Source of the DNA: Polyangiales bacterium
GTDB taxonomy: Bacteria > Myxococcota_A > Polyangia > Polyangiales > JADJQN01
NCBI GenBank assembly: GCA_964202905.1
Contig: CAXNJO010000002.1
Span: 128,001-192,000 of the forward strand
Direction of reading: 5' to 3'
DNA: 64,000 nucleotides
Shown here: positions 54,334-64,000 of the stretch, piece after piece
Numbering within the stretch: position 1 is the first letter of the stretch
Layout of the letters: the number at the start of each line of letters is the position of its first letter
The notes under the pieces: model-generated
Told to the model about the DNA's origin: nothing
What the model saw: the letters and a program-made list of their open reading frames with translations, nothing else
Databases searched by the model: none
Made by a program: the position numbers and the translations under genes

Positions 54334-57300
54334 TCAGCGCGGCGCGGGCGGCGTCGGCGACCGCCGCAGCCGCCATCGGCGCGCCATCTCGGGGCTGGGG
54401 AAGCCGAGGCGTGCGTGCGTCTCGAGCTGCGCGAGGGCCGCGGGATCGGGCGACGACGCGGGCGCGGACGGGGCGCGGAGCTGCTCGAGGCGCTCGAGGA
54501 TCGCGGCCACCGCCCAGTCGCGCAGGCGCGCGCCCGGGTCGAGCGTGTCGAAGCGCGGCGCGGGCGCGAGGAAGGGCTCCGAGAGGCGGCCCTGCGGGCT
54601 GCCCGCGACGGCGAGCGCGGACGTCAGCGCCTCGATCGCGAGGGCGCGCTGCCCCCACGCGTCCGCCGCGCGCGCGAGCGTGAGAAAGCGCGCGAGCTCG
54701 TGCGGTCCATCGAGGGCGCGCAGCGCGTGTGCGAGGGCGCTGCGCAGGGCGAGCGCGCGCACGCGAGGGAGCGCCTGCGGGTCGCTCGCCCACGCGACGT
54801 GCGCGAGCGCGGCGCGGTGCGCGCGGTGGCCCGGCGTGTCCGCGTCGAGCGCGCGTCGCAACGCCGGGAAACGCCCGAGCAGCGCGGCGGACACGGCCCC
54901 CGCGGCGTCGAGCCCCGCCGGCGGGGTGGGCACATCACCCGCGGGGTCCGCCAGCAAACCGCGCGCGGCGAGGTGCGCCGCGCGGGCCGGCGAGGCCGCG
55001 AAGAGCGTGTCGCGACCGGGCTCGGCGGGCTCCGCGTCGTCGAGCGGCCAGAGCAGGCCGAGCGCGGGGACGAGACGGTAGGGCGCCCAGCCATGCACCG
55101 CGAGCGCGGTGCGCACCGCCGCATCGAGGGCACCGCGCGCATCGCAGGCGAGCACGACGAGCGGCGCGTCGGACGCGAGACACGACGCGAGCGCGTCGAT
55201 CGCGGCGGGCACGCACGCGTCACCCCCGAGGCGCACGACCGACACGACTTCGAGACCCGCGAGACCCGCCGGCGACACGCACCGCCGCGTCCGCGCCCGA
55301 CGCCGCCTCGCGCACCGCGAGCTGCGCGAACCCGTTCGCGGACGCGCTCGCGCGGAGACGCGCCGCGACGCGTGGATCGGCCACCTCCGCGCACACGCGC
55401 CCGGTCGGCCCCGCGGCGCGCGCCAACGACAACGCGACGAGCCCGTGATCGGCGCCGACCTCGACCGCGACGCCGCCTGCGCCGAGGGCCGCGCCGAGAA
55501 AATCGGGCACCTCCTCCGCGAGCGCGCCGCGCGTCTCGAGCGCGCGCGCGACGGGGTGCGTCTCGTCCGCCGGCGACGCGACCCGCAGACCGCCGCGCGA
55601 CACGCGCCACACCGACGCGGGGTCGGGCAGCGCGCGCTCCGACACGGCCCCCGTGTCCGGCGTGCGTGCCGTGTCGAGCGGCTCACGCCGCGTCTCCGAC
55701 GCGGACGCCACATCGCCCGCAGCCGCGCCTTGCGCGCGCCCTGCGACGAGGCGTGCAGCCTCGAGGAGCGCGGCCTCGAAGGCACGCGCGAAACGGGGCG
55801 GATCCGTGAGCCCGCCCGCGTGCAGCCGCTCCCGCAGCGAGGCGCGGAGCGCGACGCGGCGCGGCTCGTCTCCGAGCAGCGCGCGGGCCGTCGCGACGTA
55901 CGCGTCCGCGTCATCGACGGCGAGCTCGCGCAGCCCCGCCCGCGCGAGCAGGCTCGCGCCGACGCGCGACACGTGCGCCCCGCCGAGCAGGCTCACGACG
56001 GGCACGCCCATGAAGAGCGCGTCGCACGTGGTCGTCGTGCCGTGGTACGGGAACGGATCGAGCGCGACGTCGACCTCGGCATACGCCTCGAGGTGCGCGA
56101 CGAGCCCGGGCACGTAGCCGCGCAGCGTCACGCGCTCCGTCGGCACGCCGTGCGCCTCGAGCTTCTCCGCGTAGCGCGCGCGGCCCTCGGGCGTCGAGAG
56201 CGTCGCGTGCTTGAGCAGGAGCCGCGCCTCGGGCGTCTCGCGCAGCAGCCGCGCCCACAGCGCGAGCGTCTCGGCGGAGAGCTTGGTCAGCGCGTTGAAC
56301 GAGGCGAACGTGGGCGGATGTCCGAGCGTCGATGGCGCGGGCGCGGCGGGCGGTGCGCCCTCGGGCGGCCGGTAACAGAGAAAGCCGCCCTCGACGCGCA
56401 GGAGCCGCTCGGTGTGGAGCGGCTCCGTGAGGCCGGGCGGGTCGGACTCGGCGTCCGTGACGCGGAAGTCGATCGACGAAAGACCGGTGGTGTCCGGGTA
56501 GCCGAGGTACGTGAGCTGCGCGGGCGCGGGCCTCCGCGCGAAGACGCCGAGGCGGTTGCCCGTCGTGTGGCCGGAGAGGTCGATGAGCAGATCGATCTCG
56601 TCCGCACGAACCCGCTCCGCGGCCGCGTCGTCCGTGAGCCCGACGAGGTCGCGCCACACATCGACGTGCGCGAGCAGCCGCTGGCTCACGTCGTCGAGCG
56701 CCGCGGTCTGGCTGTAGGCGAAGAGTTCGAAGCGCGCGCGGTCGTGGTGCGCGAGCAGCGGCTCGAGGAAGAACGCGACCGAGTGCAGCCGGAAGTCCGC
56801 GGAGACGTAGCCGAGCCGCAGCCGCCGACCCGGCTCGGGCCGCAGCGCCCGGGGCGGAAGGCGCGCGACGCCGGCCTCGAGCAGCGTGCCGAAGCGCCGA
56901 TGCGCGTCGGCGATGCGGACCGGCCCGACCGCGCTCGCGTAGTGCAGCGCGCCGAAGAGCGCGCCGTGCGTGTCGAGGTCACCCGGCGCGAGCGCGAGCG
57001 CCTTCTCGAGGTGCACGAGGGCGCGCACGTGCTCGCCCGCGGCCGACAGCGCCGCGCCGAGGTGCGCGTGCACGCCCGCGTCGTGCGGGGCGAGGCGCGC
57101 CGCGCGCTCGAGCAACGCGAGCGCCTCCTGGAGCTCCTTGCCGACCCGCAGGAGCGCGCCGAGGTTGCGCAGCGCGAGCGCGTCGTCGGGCCGGAGCGCG
57201 AGGGCCGCGCGCGACGCCGCGATCGCCTCGGTGCGCCTCCCGCGCCGGGTCAGCACCACGCCGAGCGTCTGCTGCGCGTCGAAGTCCATGCGCCCGCCCG

Positions 57301-57502
57301 CGAGCGCGGCGCGGCACTCGGCCTCTGCGCCCGCGAGCTCCCCACGCGCGAGCAGCAGCCCGACGAGCGCCCGGAGCGCCTTCGGCTCGGCCGGCTCCGC
57401 GGCCCGCACCGCGCGCGCTGCCTCCTCCGCGCGCGCTGCCTGACCCGCCGCGCGCAGGCGCTCGACGTCGCGCAGCGTCGGCCGCCCTGCCCCGCCGCTC
57501 AA
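54334..57502 (-). CDS. TPR - GT41 (SPINDLY/OGT-like) glycosyltransferase - FkbM-like fusion; frameshift near 55275
   Basis: TPRs; LGYVSADFRLHSV, DLSGHT, YLGYPDTTG, FASFN-TK, DPFPYHGTTTTCDAL; EVGADHG...GPTGRV; coding continues in the 54334 frame. Confidence 0.8.
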
Positions 57503-57568
57503 CGCCGTCTCCCCATGCGCGCGCCAGTCCGGGCACGTCGCGCAAGCGCGGACACACGCCGCGCGCGC

Positions 57569-59599
57569 TCAGCGCGCAAGGACCGAGCGCCCCGTGTAGT
57601 GCGCCGGCGGCGCCTTGCCGAAGAAGCGCAGCGCGGTCGGCGCGAGGTCCACGATGCCCGGATCGGCCCTCAAAATCGGGCGATTCGCGACGAGGATGCC
57701 CGGCGTCTCGGCGACGTCGCTCGCCGCGTGATCGCCGCTCCACTTCTTCGGGTTGTCGGCGAGGAGCCCCGCGGGCACGCCGCCGAGGATCGACTCCCAA
57801 CTGGTGCGGTAGTTCTCCGCGAACGCCAGCTGCAGATCCGGCGCATCCGCCGCGCGCCCGCCCGTGAACACCGTACGCCCCTCGTACACGCGGCGCACCA
57901 CGACGGCGCCGCCACGCTCGGTGTCGCGGAGCGCCTCGAGCCCGCTGCGGATGCGCGCGCACACCGCGGGCACGTCGGACGCGTTGACGATCCCCTCGCG
58001 CTCGCGGCCGCGCTGGTTCAGGTAGATCTGTCCGGTGCCGAGCGCATACGCCTGCGTGCGCGACCAATCGACGTCGAGCAGGAAGTCGCGGTCGGAGCCC
58101 TCGGCGTCACCGCGCAGCGCGAGAAACCCATTCTGCCGGAGCCACTGGTTCACGTGCAGGCCGCGCCGGTAGTTGTGAAATCCATGGTCGGAGATCACGA
58201 GCAGCGTGTCCTCGGGACGCAGCGCCGCGAGCACGCGGCCGACGGTCGCGTCCATGCGGACGTACTGCCGCTCGATCGCGTCGCCGTGCTGCTGCGCGAG
58301 CGCGGCGTCGTAGCGCGGGTGCTCGGGGTCCATGAGCCGGTAGAACATGTGCGCGGCGCGGTCGGTGGCCGTCGAGACCCAGAGCAGCATGTCCCAGTCG
58401 TCGCGGCCGAGGCGCGCGTAGAGCATCTGCTGACGCTGCCGCTCGATCTCGTCCATCTCGCGCAGCCACAGCGCCTCGTCGATGACCTCCTCGTTGAGCG
58501 CGCTGGTGTCGTGATCCCAGCCGACGGTCTTGTAGAAGCCGTCGACGTCCGTGACGAGCTCGCCCGCGAACGACTGCGGATACGTGAACGGCGAATACTG
58601 CCGCCGCGGGTGGAACGAGATCGGCGTGAAGAAGAGCCGCACGCCCGGCCGCGCCTCGAGCGCGATCATCCGCACGAGCCCCTGCACCTCGACCCCCTCG
58701 TTCCGAAAGGTCAGCTCGACGAAGCCGCTCTCCTCGCGCACCGGCAGCACCTGCTCGCGTCCGTCGAGCTTCACGACGAGCGCGTCGGGCGCGCCCCCCT
58801 GCCCCGCGCGGCTGCGGATCTCGACGGGCAGCGTCATGCGCCGCGGCGGCGAGCTGCCCGGGATCATCGGCCCCGCGAGCGCGTAGCGCGCGACGCCGTC
58901 GACCACGTCGAGGTGCGTCATCACCCCGCCACCCACGTTGCGCTCGCCGTCTTCGACGTCGGTGCCCGCGTAGCTGAAGGTGCTGTTCGTCTCGCGCAGA
59001 TCGGGCACGCCGAGCCCGCTCAGCATCCGACCCGCGCGCATCGGGTCGGGCGGGAAGCTGTAGGGCACGTTGAGCGCGACCGTCCTCACACCATCATCCG
59101 CGAGGGTCTTCCAGAAGGGCTCGCCGCTCCGCAGGTTGCGCGCGACGGGCGGCCCGGACGCCTGCACCTCGAAGCTCGAGGTGCCCTGGAAGGGCAGCAC
59201 CGGCAGCCCACCCGACGCGGTGTTCACACGGCGCCCGATGAAGTCGAAGATGCCGTGATCGCCGGGCGGCGTGCCCGTCGCGAACGTCGTCCACGCGACG
59301 GGCGACTGGGGCGGGTTCGTGGACGCGAGCTTGCGGTACTGCGCGCCGCCGCCCGCCTTCATCAGCGTCGCGAGGTTCGGCAGCTTGCCCGCCGCGGCCC
59401 AGCGCTCGAGCCAGCGCGGATCGACTCCGTCGAAGCCGAGCACGACGAGCCGACCGCGCGCGGCCGTCGGCGCGGGCGACGCGGGCGCTGGCGTCGCGGG
59501 CTTCTCACCGCCGCTGCAGGCGACGAGCGCGAGGGCGACGACGAGCGAGGCGGCGGAGGCGAGCGTCGCGAGGCGGAGCGAGCGGCGAGGGAGGCGCAT
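57569..59599 (-). CDS. Alkaline phosphatase superfamily (nucleotide pyrophosphatase/phosphodiesterase) lipoprotein
   Basis: Lipobox LVAC, LGFDGVD, PPQSPVAW, HGIFDF, DR-AH, ISDHGF, SGDH. Confidence 0.9.
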   Translation of the reverse strand: MRLPRRSLRLATLASAASLVVALALVACSGGEKPATPAPASPAPTAARGRLVVLGFDGVDPRWLERWAAAGKLPNLATLMKAGGGAQYRKLASTNPPQSPVAWTTFATGTPPGDHGIFDFIGRRVNTASGGLPVLPFQGTSSFEVQASGPPVARNLRSGEPFWKTLADDGVRTVALNVPYSFPPDPMRAGRMLSGLGVPDLRETNSTFSYAGTDVEDGERNVGGGVMTHLDVVDGVARYALAGPMIPGSSPPRRMTLPVEIRSRAGQGGAPDALVVKLDGREQVLPVREESGFVELTFRNEGVEVQGLVRMIALEARPGVRLFFTPISFHPRRQYSPFTYPQSFAGELVTDVDGFYKTVGWDHDTSALNEEVIDEALWLREMDEIERQRQQMLYARLGRDDWDMLLWVSTATDRAAHMFYRLMDPEHPRYDAALAQQHGDAIERQYVRMDATVGRVLAALRPEDTLLVISDHGFHNYRRGLHVNQWLRQNGFLALRGDAEGSDRDFLLDVDWSRTQAYALGTGQIYLNQRGREREGIVNASDVPAVCARIRSGLEALRDTERGGAVVVRRVYEGRTVFTGGRAADAPDLQLAFAENYRTSWESILGGVPAGLLADNPKKWSGDHAASDVAETPGILVANRPILRADPGIVDLAPTALRFFGKAPPAHYTGRSVLAR

Positions 59600-59706
59600 C
59601 GGGCGCGTACTTTACCCGCGCGCGCCGCCCGCGCGACGCGGCGCAACGCGCGCCTCGCACGCGCGTGGTTGAACGCGCCCGCCGACGTCGCATAGGCTGC
59701 ACGCCG

Positions 59707-60240
59707 ATGACGCGCCCCGCCGATCTCGCCTCGACCTCCTTCGCCGTGCTCGCCCTCGCCGCCTCGCTGGCGTGCGGCAGCGGCGGCGAGACCCCACCCG
59801 CGCCGACGCCGCCACCCGCGCCCGCCGCGCCCCCCGTCGCGACGCCGAAGGTCGAGCCCCCCGGCCCCGCGACCGGCGACGTCGTCGGCATCACGATGCA
59901 GCGGCGCGCACAGATGGTGGCCGCCGGGATGACGCCCGCGACGCCCATCCTCCGCGGCACGCTCACCGAGGGCGCGACGCAGGATTTCCAGGCGGTCATG
60001 CAGGCCGGGAAGTGCTTCAAGATCATCGGCATCGGCGGGATGAGCGTGCAGGACCTCGACCTCAAGCTCTTCGATCCGAACGGCGTGCAGCTCCAGCAGG
60101 ACGTCGCGACCGACAACTACCCCGCGCTCGGCGTCGAGTCGCCGATCTGCCCGAGCATTGCAGGTGCATACCGGCTGCAAGTGCAGATGTATCGCGGGAG
60201 CGGCGAGTTCGGCGTGCAGGTCTTCGAGACGCAGGGCTGA
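59707..60240 (+). CDS. Hypothetical lipoprotein with PPC-like beta domain
   Basis: Lipobox SLAC, Pro linker, DLDLKLFDPNG. Confidence 0.8.
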   Translation: MTRPADLASTSFAVLALAASLACGSGGETPPAPTPPPAPAAPPVATPKVEPPGPATGDVVGITMQRRAQMVAAGMTPATPILRGTLTEGATQDFQAVMQAGKCFKIIGIGGMSVQDLDLKLFDPNGVQLQQDVATDNYPALGVESPICPSIAGAYRLQVQMYRGSGEFGVQVFETQG

Positions 60241-60260
60241 CGCGCGCGCACGCGGGGCGC

Positions 60261-61034
60261 TCAGGGCTCGAGGCAGAGCCCCGCTGCGCAGGCCCAGCCC
60301 GCCGGGCACGCGACGCCGCCCGCGCACGGTGGGCGCGCGCAGAAGCCCGTCGCGCCGCAGACGTAGGGCGCCGGGCACGCACTCGTCGCGGAGCAGGCGC
60401 GCAGCGCGCAGCGGCCGCTGCCGAGGCAGCGGAAGCCGGCGTTGCAGTCGGTGTCCGCGGCGCAGGTGCGGATGCAGGTGCCGCCGATGCAGTCGGCGCC
60501 GCTCGGGCAGTTCGCGTCGTCGAGGCCGCAGCCGAGACAGATCCCGCCGGGGGCTGCGCGGTTGCACTCCGCGGCCGGCCCGGCGCAGTCGCTCGTCGCG
60601 CGGCACTGGATCGGCCCGAGACCGACGGGTCCGCCCGCGTCGATCGAACTGCCCGCATCGATCGCGCTGCCCGCGTCGATCGAACTACCCGCGTCGATCG
60701 CGCTGCTCGCGTCGATCGAACTACCCGCGTCGATCGCGCTGCCCGCGTCGATCGAACTGCCCGCATCGAACGCGCTCCCGGCGTCGATCGAACTCCCCGC
60801 ATCAGGCGCGCTGCCCGCGTCGTCCGCGCTGCCCGCATCGACCGGGCTCCCAGCGTCGTCCGCGCTGCCCGCGTCGTCGGTCGCGCTCGCGTCGCCGGGC
60901 GCGGCGTCGGGGGTGGCCGCGTCCGCCGCGGGCGGTCCCGCATCGACGGCCGGGGCGATTGGATCGGCGGCGCAGGCGGCGACGGCGAGGAGCCAGGAGA
61001 CGAGCACGGTGGGGACACGGAGTCGAACGCGCAT
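60261..61034 (-). CDS. Cys-rich lipoprotein with DAG repeats
   Basis: Lipobox VAAC, repeat linker, five Cys-rich modules. Confidence 0.8.
   Translation of the reverse strand: MRVRLRVPTVLVSWLLAVAACAADPIAPAVDAGPPAADAATPDAAPGDASATDDAGSADDAGSPVDAGSADDAGSAPDAGSSIDAGSAFDAGSSIDAGSAIDAGSSIDASSAIDAGSSIDAGSAIDAGSSIDAGGPVGLGPIQCRATSDCAGPAAECNRAAPGGICLGCGLDDANCPSGADCIGGTCIRTCAADTDCNAGFRCLGSGRCALRACSATSACPAPYVCGATGFCARPPCAGGVACPAGWACAAGLCLEP
60633..60880 (-). repeat. 18-bp coding tandem repeat (S/A)IDAGS, about 13 degenerate copies
   Basis: Repeated gcccgcgtcgatcgaact / gcccgcgtcgatcgcgct units. Confidence 0.9.
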
Positions 61035-61133
61035 GGCGCGCGCATTTAACGCCGCGACGCGCCGGACGCCAGCGCCGCGTGGGGTCGAGCGCGACGCCGT
61101 CCGAGCGGCGCCCGCGACACGCGCCGGGTGGGA

Positions 61134-63720
61134 TCACTCCACGCGGATCGAGAACGGCAGCCGCGCGACGGCGCCGCCCGCCTGCACCCGCTCGAGCGCG
61201 AGGGCCGCGCCGAGCAGCGCGCGCACCCCGCGCGGCAGGGCGAGCGCGCCCGCGGCGTCGACGTCCTCGTACGCCTCGGCCGCGAGCCCGTCCGCGTCGA
61301 GCGCCTCGCGGGCCCCGACGCGCGGGGCTGCGTGCTCCGCGTCCGCGCGCGCGGCCCCCGAGCGCGTCGCCGAGCACGTAGTCGAGGAGCGTCACCGGGC
61401 GGCGCGGCAACACCACGACCCCGCTCTCGGGGCCGAGCCCGCCGAGCGCGCGCGCCCGCGCGAGGGCCGCCGCGAGACCGCCGAGCTGGTCGACGAGCCC
61501 CTCGCGCCGCGCGACGTCGCCGCTCCACACCCGCCCGCGCCCGAGCGCGTCGACGCGCGTGCGCGACATCGCGTGCCCCGACGCGGTGCGGCCATCCGCG
61601 ACCCGCGCGACGAACTGCCGGTAGAGCACGCGGATCTTCTGCGCGAGCAGCGCGCGCTCTTCCGGGGTGAACGCGCGGAACAGCGACTCGACGCCCGCGT
61701 GCCGGCCGCGACCCATCGACTCGATCGCCACGCCGAGGCGCGCGGCGAGCGGCGCGACGTCGATCTTGCCGAAGAAGATGCCGATGGAGCCCGTGATCGT
61801 CGCGGGATCGGCCCAGATCTCGTCGGCGGCGGACGCGGCGAAATATCCGCCGCTCGCCGCGATCGCCCCCATCGAGCACACGACCGGCTTGCGGGCCCGC
61901 GCACGCGTGATCGCGCGCCACACGCGATCGCTCGCCAGCGCCGAGCCACCCGGCGAATCGACGCGTACGACGATCGCGCGCACGGACGGATCCGCAGCGA
62001 GCGCGTCGATGGTGTCGACGGCCGTGTTGCCCCCCGTCAGGTGCAGACCGAGGAACGGGACGTCGACGTTGTCTCCGTCGACGATGTCGCCATCGAGCAC
62101 GACCAGCCCGACGCGGCCGCCCACGCCCCAGCCGGACACCGCGTCCGCGGGCATGCGCGCGCGGCGCGGAAAGCGCGCGCCCAGCACGTCGGCGAGCGCG
62201 TCGTCGAGGTCGTGCGCGTCGGCCGTCGCGTCGACGAGGCCCGCCTCGACGGCCTCTTCCGCGAGGTATGGCCCCGCGTCGACGAGCGCGCGCGCACGCG
62301 CCTCGCCCACGCGGAGGTCGGCGCCGAGCTCGCGCGTGAAGCGCCCGTGGATCGCGTCGAGCAGCGCGCCCCGCTCCTCGCGCGCAGCGTCGCTCGAGCG
62401 CGCGTTCTGCAGCTGCTCGACCGCGCTCTTGAACCGCCCGATGCGCACGAAATCGGCGCGCACGCCCGCGTCGCGCAGCGCGTCGCCGAGCAGCAGCACG
62501 TCGCTCGACGGGCCGACGAGCCGCACGCCCCCCGCCGGGTCGAGCAGCGTGCGGTCCGCGCCCGCGCACGCGTAGAGCTCACCGCCGCTCGCGGCCTCGA
62601 GGTGACACACGACGCGCTTGTCCGCTGCGCGGAGCGCCGTGATCTGCTGCCGCAGCTCCTGCGCGTAGGCCGTCGGCACGGGCGCGCTCGCGCCGCGCAG
62701 CAACACGCCCGCGACGCGCGGATCGTGGAGCGCGCGGTCGAGTTGCAGGGCGAGCGCCACGGCCTGCCGCTCGCTGCCGACCCGCAGCGGTAGCTCGAGC
62801 ACGTAGCGCTCACGCGGGAGCCCCGCGCGCGGCGCCCCCTCGATGCGCGCCGACCAGAACGCCCCCGGCGCGCCTTCCTCCCCGGGCGCGACGAGCACGC
62901 CGCCCGCGACGGCGACGCGGTCCCACTGCACCCGCAGCCCCGCCGAGACGCGCAGCGATTCGCGCGCACCGCCCGGCTCGCTCGCCTCCACCGACGCGAG
63001 CAGCTCCCCCACCGCGGGGACGCGCACCGACGCTGCCGCGCGCAGCCCGAGCCGCGCCTCCGCGTCGAGGCCCGCGGCGAGATCGAGCGTGAGCGCGTCC
63101 GAGCCAAAAGGCCGCAGGCCGACGGCGAGCGCGAGCGACCGCGGCACGCCCCCCGCGGGCGAGAAGCCGACGCCCGGCGCGGTGAGGTCGCGCGCGAGGA
63201 GCGAGAGCGCGAGCGTCGGCGCGGGGCGCCACGACGCGGCGACGTCGAGCGTGAGCGCGCCGTCGAGCGACGCAGCCCCGCCCCGAGGCTGCGTGAGCAG
63301 GCGCAGCTCCGCGCCGAAGCCCCAGTGCGTGTCGGGGCGGTAGGCGAGCGCGAGGCTCGCGCCGCCGAGCGTGCCGGGGCCAGGCTGGTCGCGCGAGAAG
63401 GCGCCGACCCCCGCCGAGAGCCCGAAGAGCAGCGGCGTCGCCGCGTAGACCGCGTGCCCGCCCTCCGCGAGCGCGCCGTTCGCGGGAGCGAGCGCGCCGG
63501 CGTACACGACGCTCCACGTCCCGAGGAACGCGAGCGCCGCGGGGTTCCACCCGACGGCGAGCGCGTCGTCGGGCGCGGCGAGCGCGAGCGGCGGCGGCGC
63601 GACCGGGCCCGTCGCGCGGGGGAGCTGCGCCACGACGTTCGCGGGCGCGCAGAGCGCCCCGATGAGCAGCGCGAGCCCAAGGACACGGCGCGAGGGCGCG
63701 CGGAGAGCGACGACGGCCAT
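61134..63720 (-). CDS. sppA: Signal peptide peptidase SppA with N-terminal beta-barrel-like domain; frameshift near 61356
   Basis: IGRFKSAVE, RVDSPGGS, AASGGY, TITGSIG, GRVWSG, GLVDQLGG; removing one base in the C5 run restores ...ARLPFSIRVE stop. Confidence 0.9.
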
Positions 63721-63783
63721 GCCCGTGGATACCACGGGCGCAGCGCGTCCCACGCGCCGGCGTCGCGCGGCCCGCCGCAGCGG

Positions 63784-64000
63784 TCAGGGTTCGGACGACC
63801 AGCCGGCGGTCGTGGCGCGCACGGCCGTCGCGCGAAGCGCGAACGAGAGCGACTCGGGGACACCGTCCCCGTCGCCGTCGACGTCGGGCCGCAGCGCGAG
63901 ATCGAGCAGGCGCCGTGCGGTCGCGAGCCCACCCACCGGCTCGAGCGTGTCGGGCGGGAGCCCCTCGAGCGCCGCGAGCAACTCGGCCTCGGGGACCGCA
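63784..64000 (-). CDS. Hypothetical protein, C-terminal fragment
   Basis: Open to the window end; PDVDGDGDGVPESLSF. Confidence 0.6.
   Translation of the reverse strand, partial: AVPEAELLAALEGLPPDTLEPVGGLATARRLLDLALRPDVDGDGDGVPESLSFALRATAVRATTAGWSSEP

Noticed and set aside
55109..59695. Very long plus-strand ORF (1528 aa) and similar antisense ORFs (1877-3973, 37249-39819, 42473-46003)
   Set aside because: Shadow ORFs opposite well-supported genes; stops are rare at this GC and translations lack motifs
60633..60880. Tandem repeats as a CRISPR array
   Set aside because: 18-bp in-frame coding units with no unique spacers and no cas genes

Overview
Very GC-rich (about 75% by eye) bacterial chromosome segment. 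Gene content (SofG/MglA GTPase, TIGR02266-type PilZ protein, kinase-fused sigma54 activator, Cys-rich lipoproteins) points to Myxococcota, probably Polyangia; this is inference. Bases 1-18.7 kb hold the dcw division/cell-wall cluster on the minus strand (mraZ-rsmH-ftsL-ftsI-murE-murF-mraY-murD-ftsW-murG-murC-ftsQ-[DUF362]-ftsA-ftsZ), without murB and ddl. Then come a SofG-like GTPase, PocR-type histidine kinase, thiL, tauE, larB, larC, a large kinase/sigma54 activator fusion, pyrR-pyrB-namZ, ccmE, PilZ proteins, HU, ybeY, a catalytically degenerate biotin carboxylase, eno, lipoproteins, nth, lgt, tonB, regBA, a TPR-GT41 glycosyltransferase, an AlkP enzyme and sppA. No rRNA, tRNA, CRISPR or mobile element was recognised. 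About eight single-base frameshifts look like sequencing errors. Best leads: (1) a DUF362 Fe-S protein inside dcw with the H-x9-K spacing of lactate racemase, near orphan larBC; (2) a dead biotin carboxylase with a large insertion; (3) a TGCAA-N5-TTGCA palindrome hidden in coding regions through rare codons; (4) many apparently leaderless genes; (5) a CxxC beta-barrel coupled to RegB/RegA. All calls come from motif reading by eye; no searches were run.
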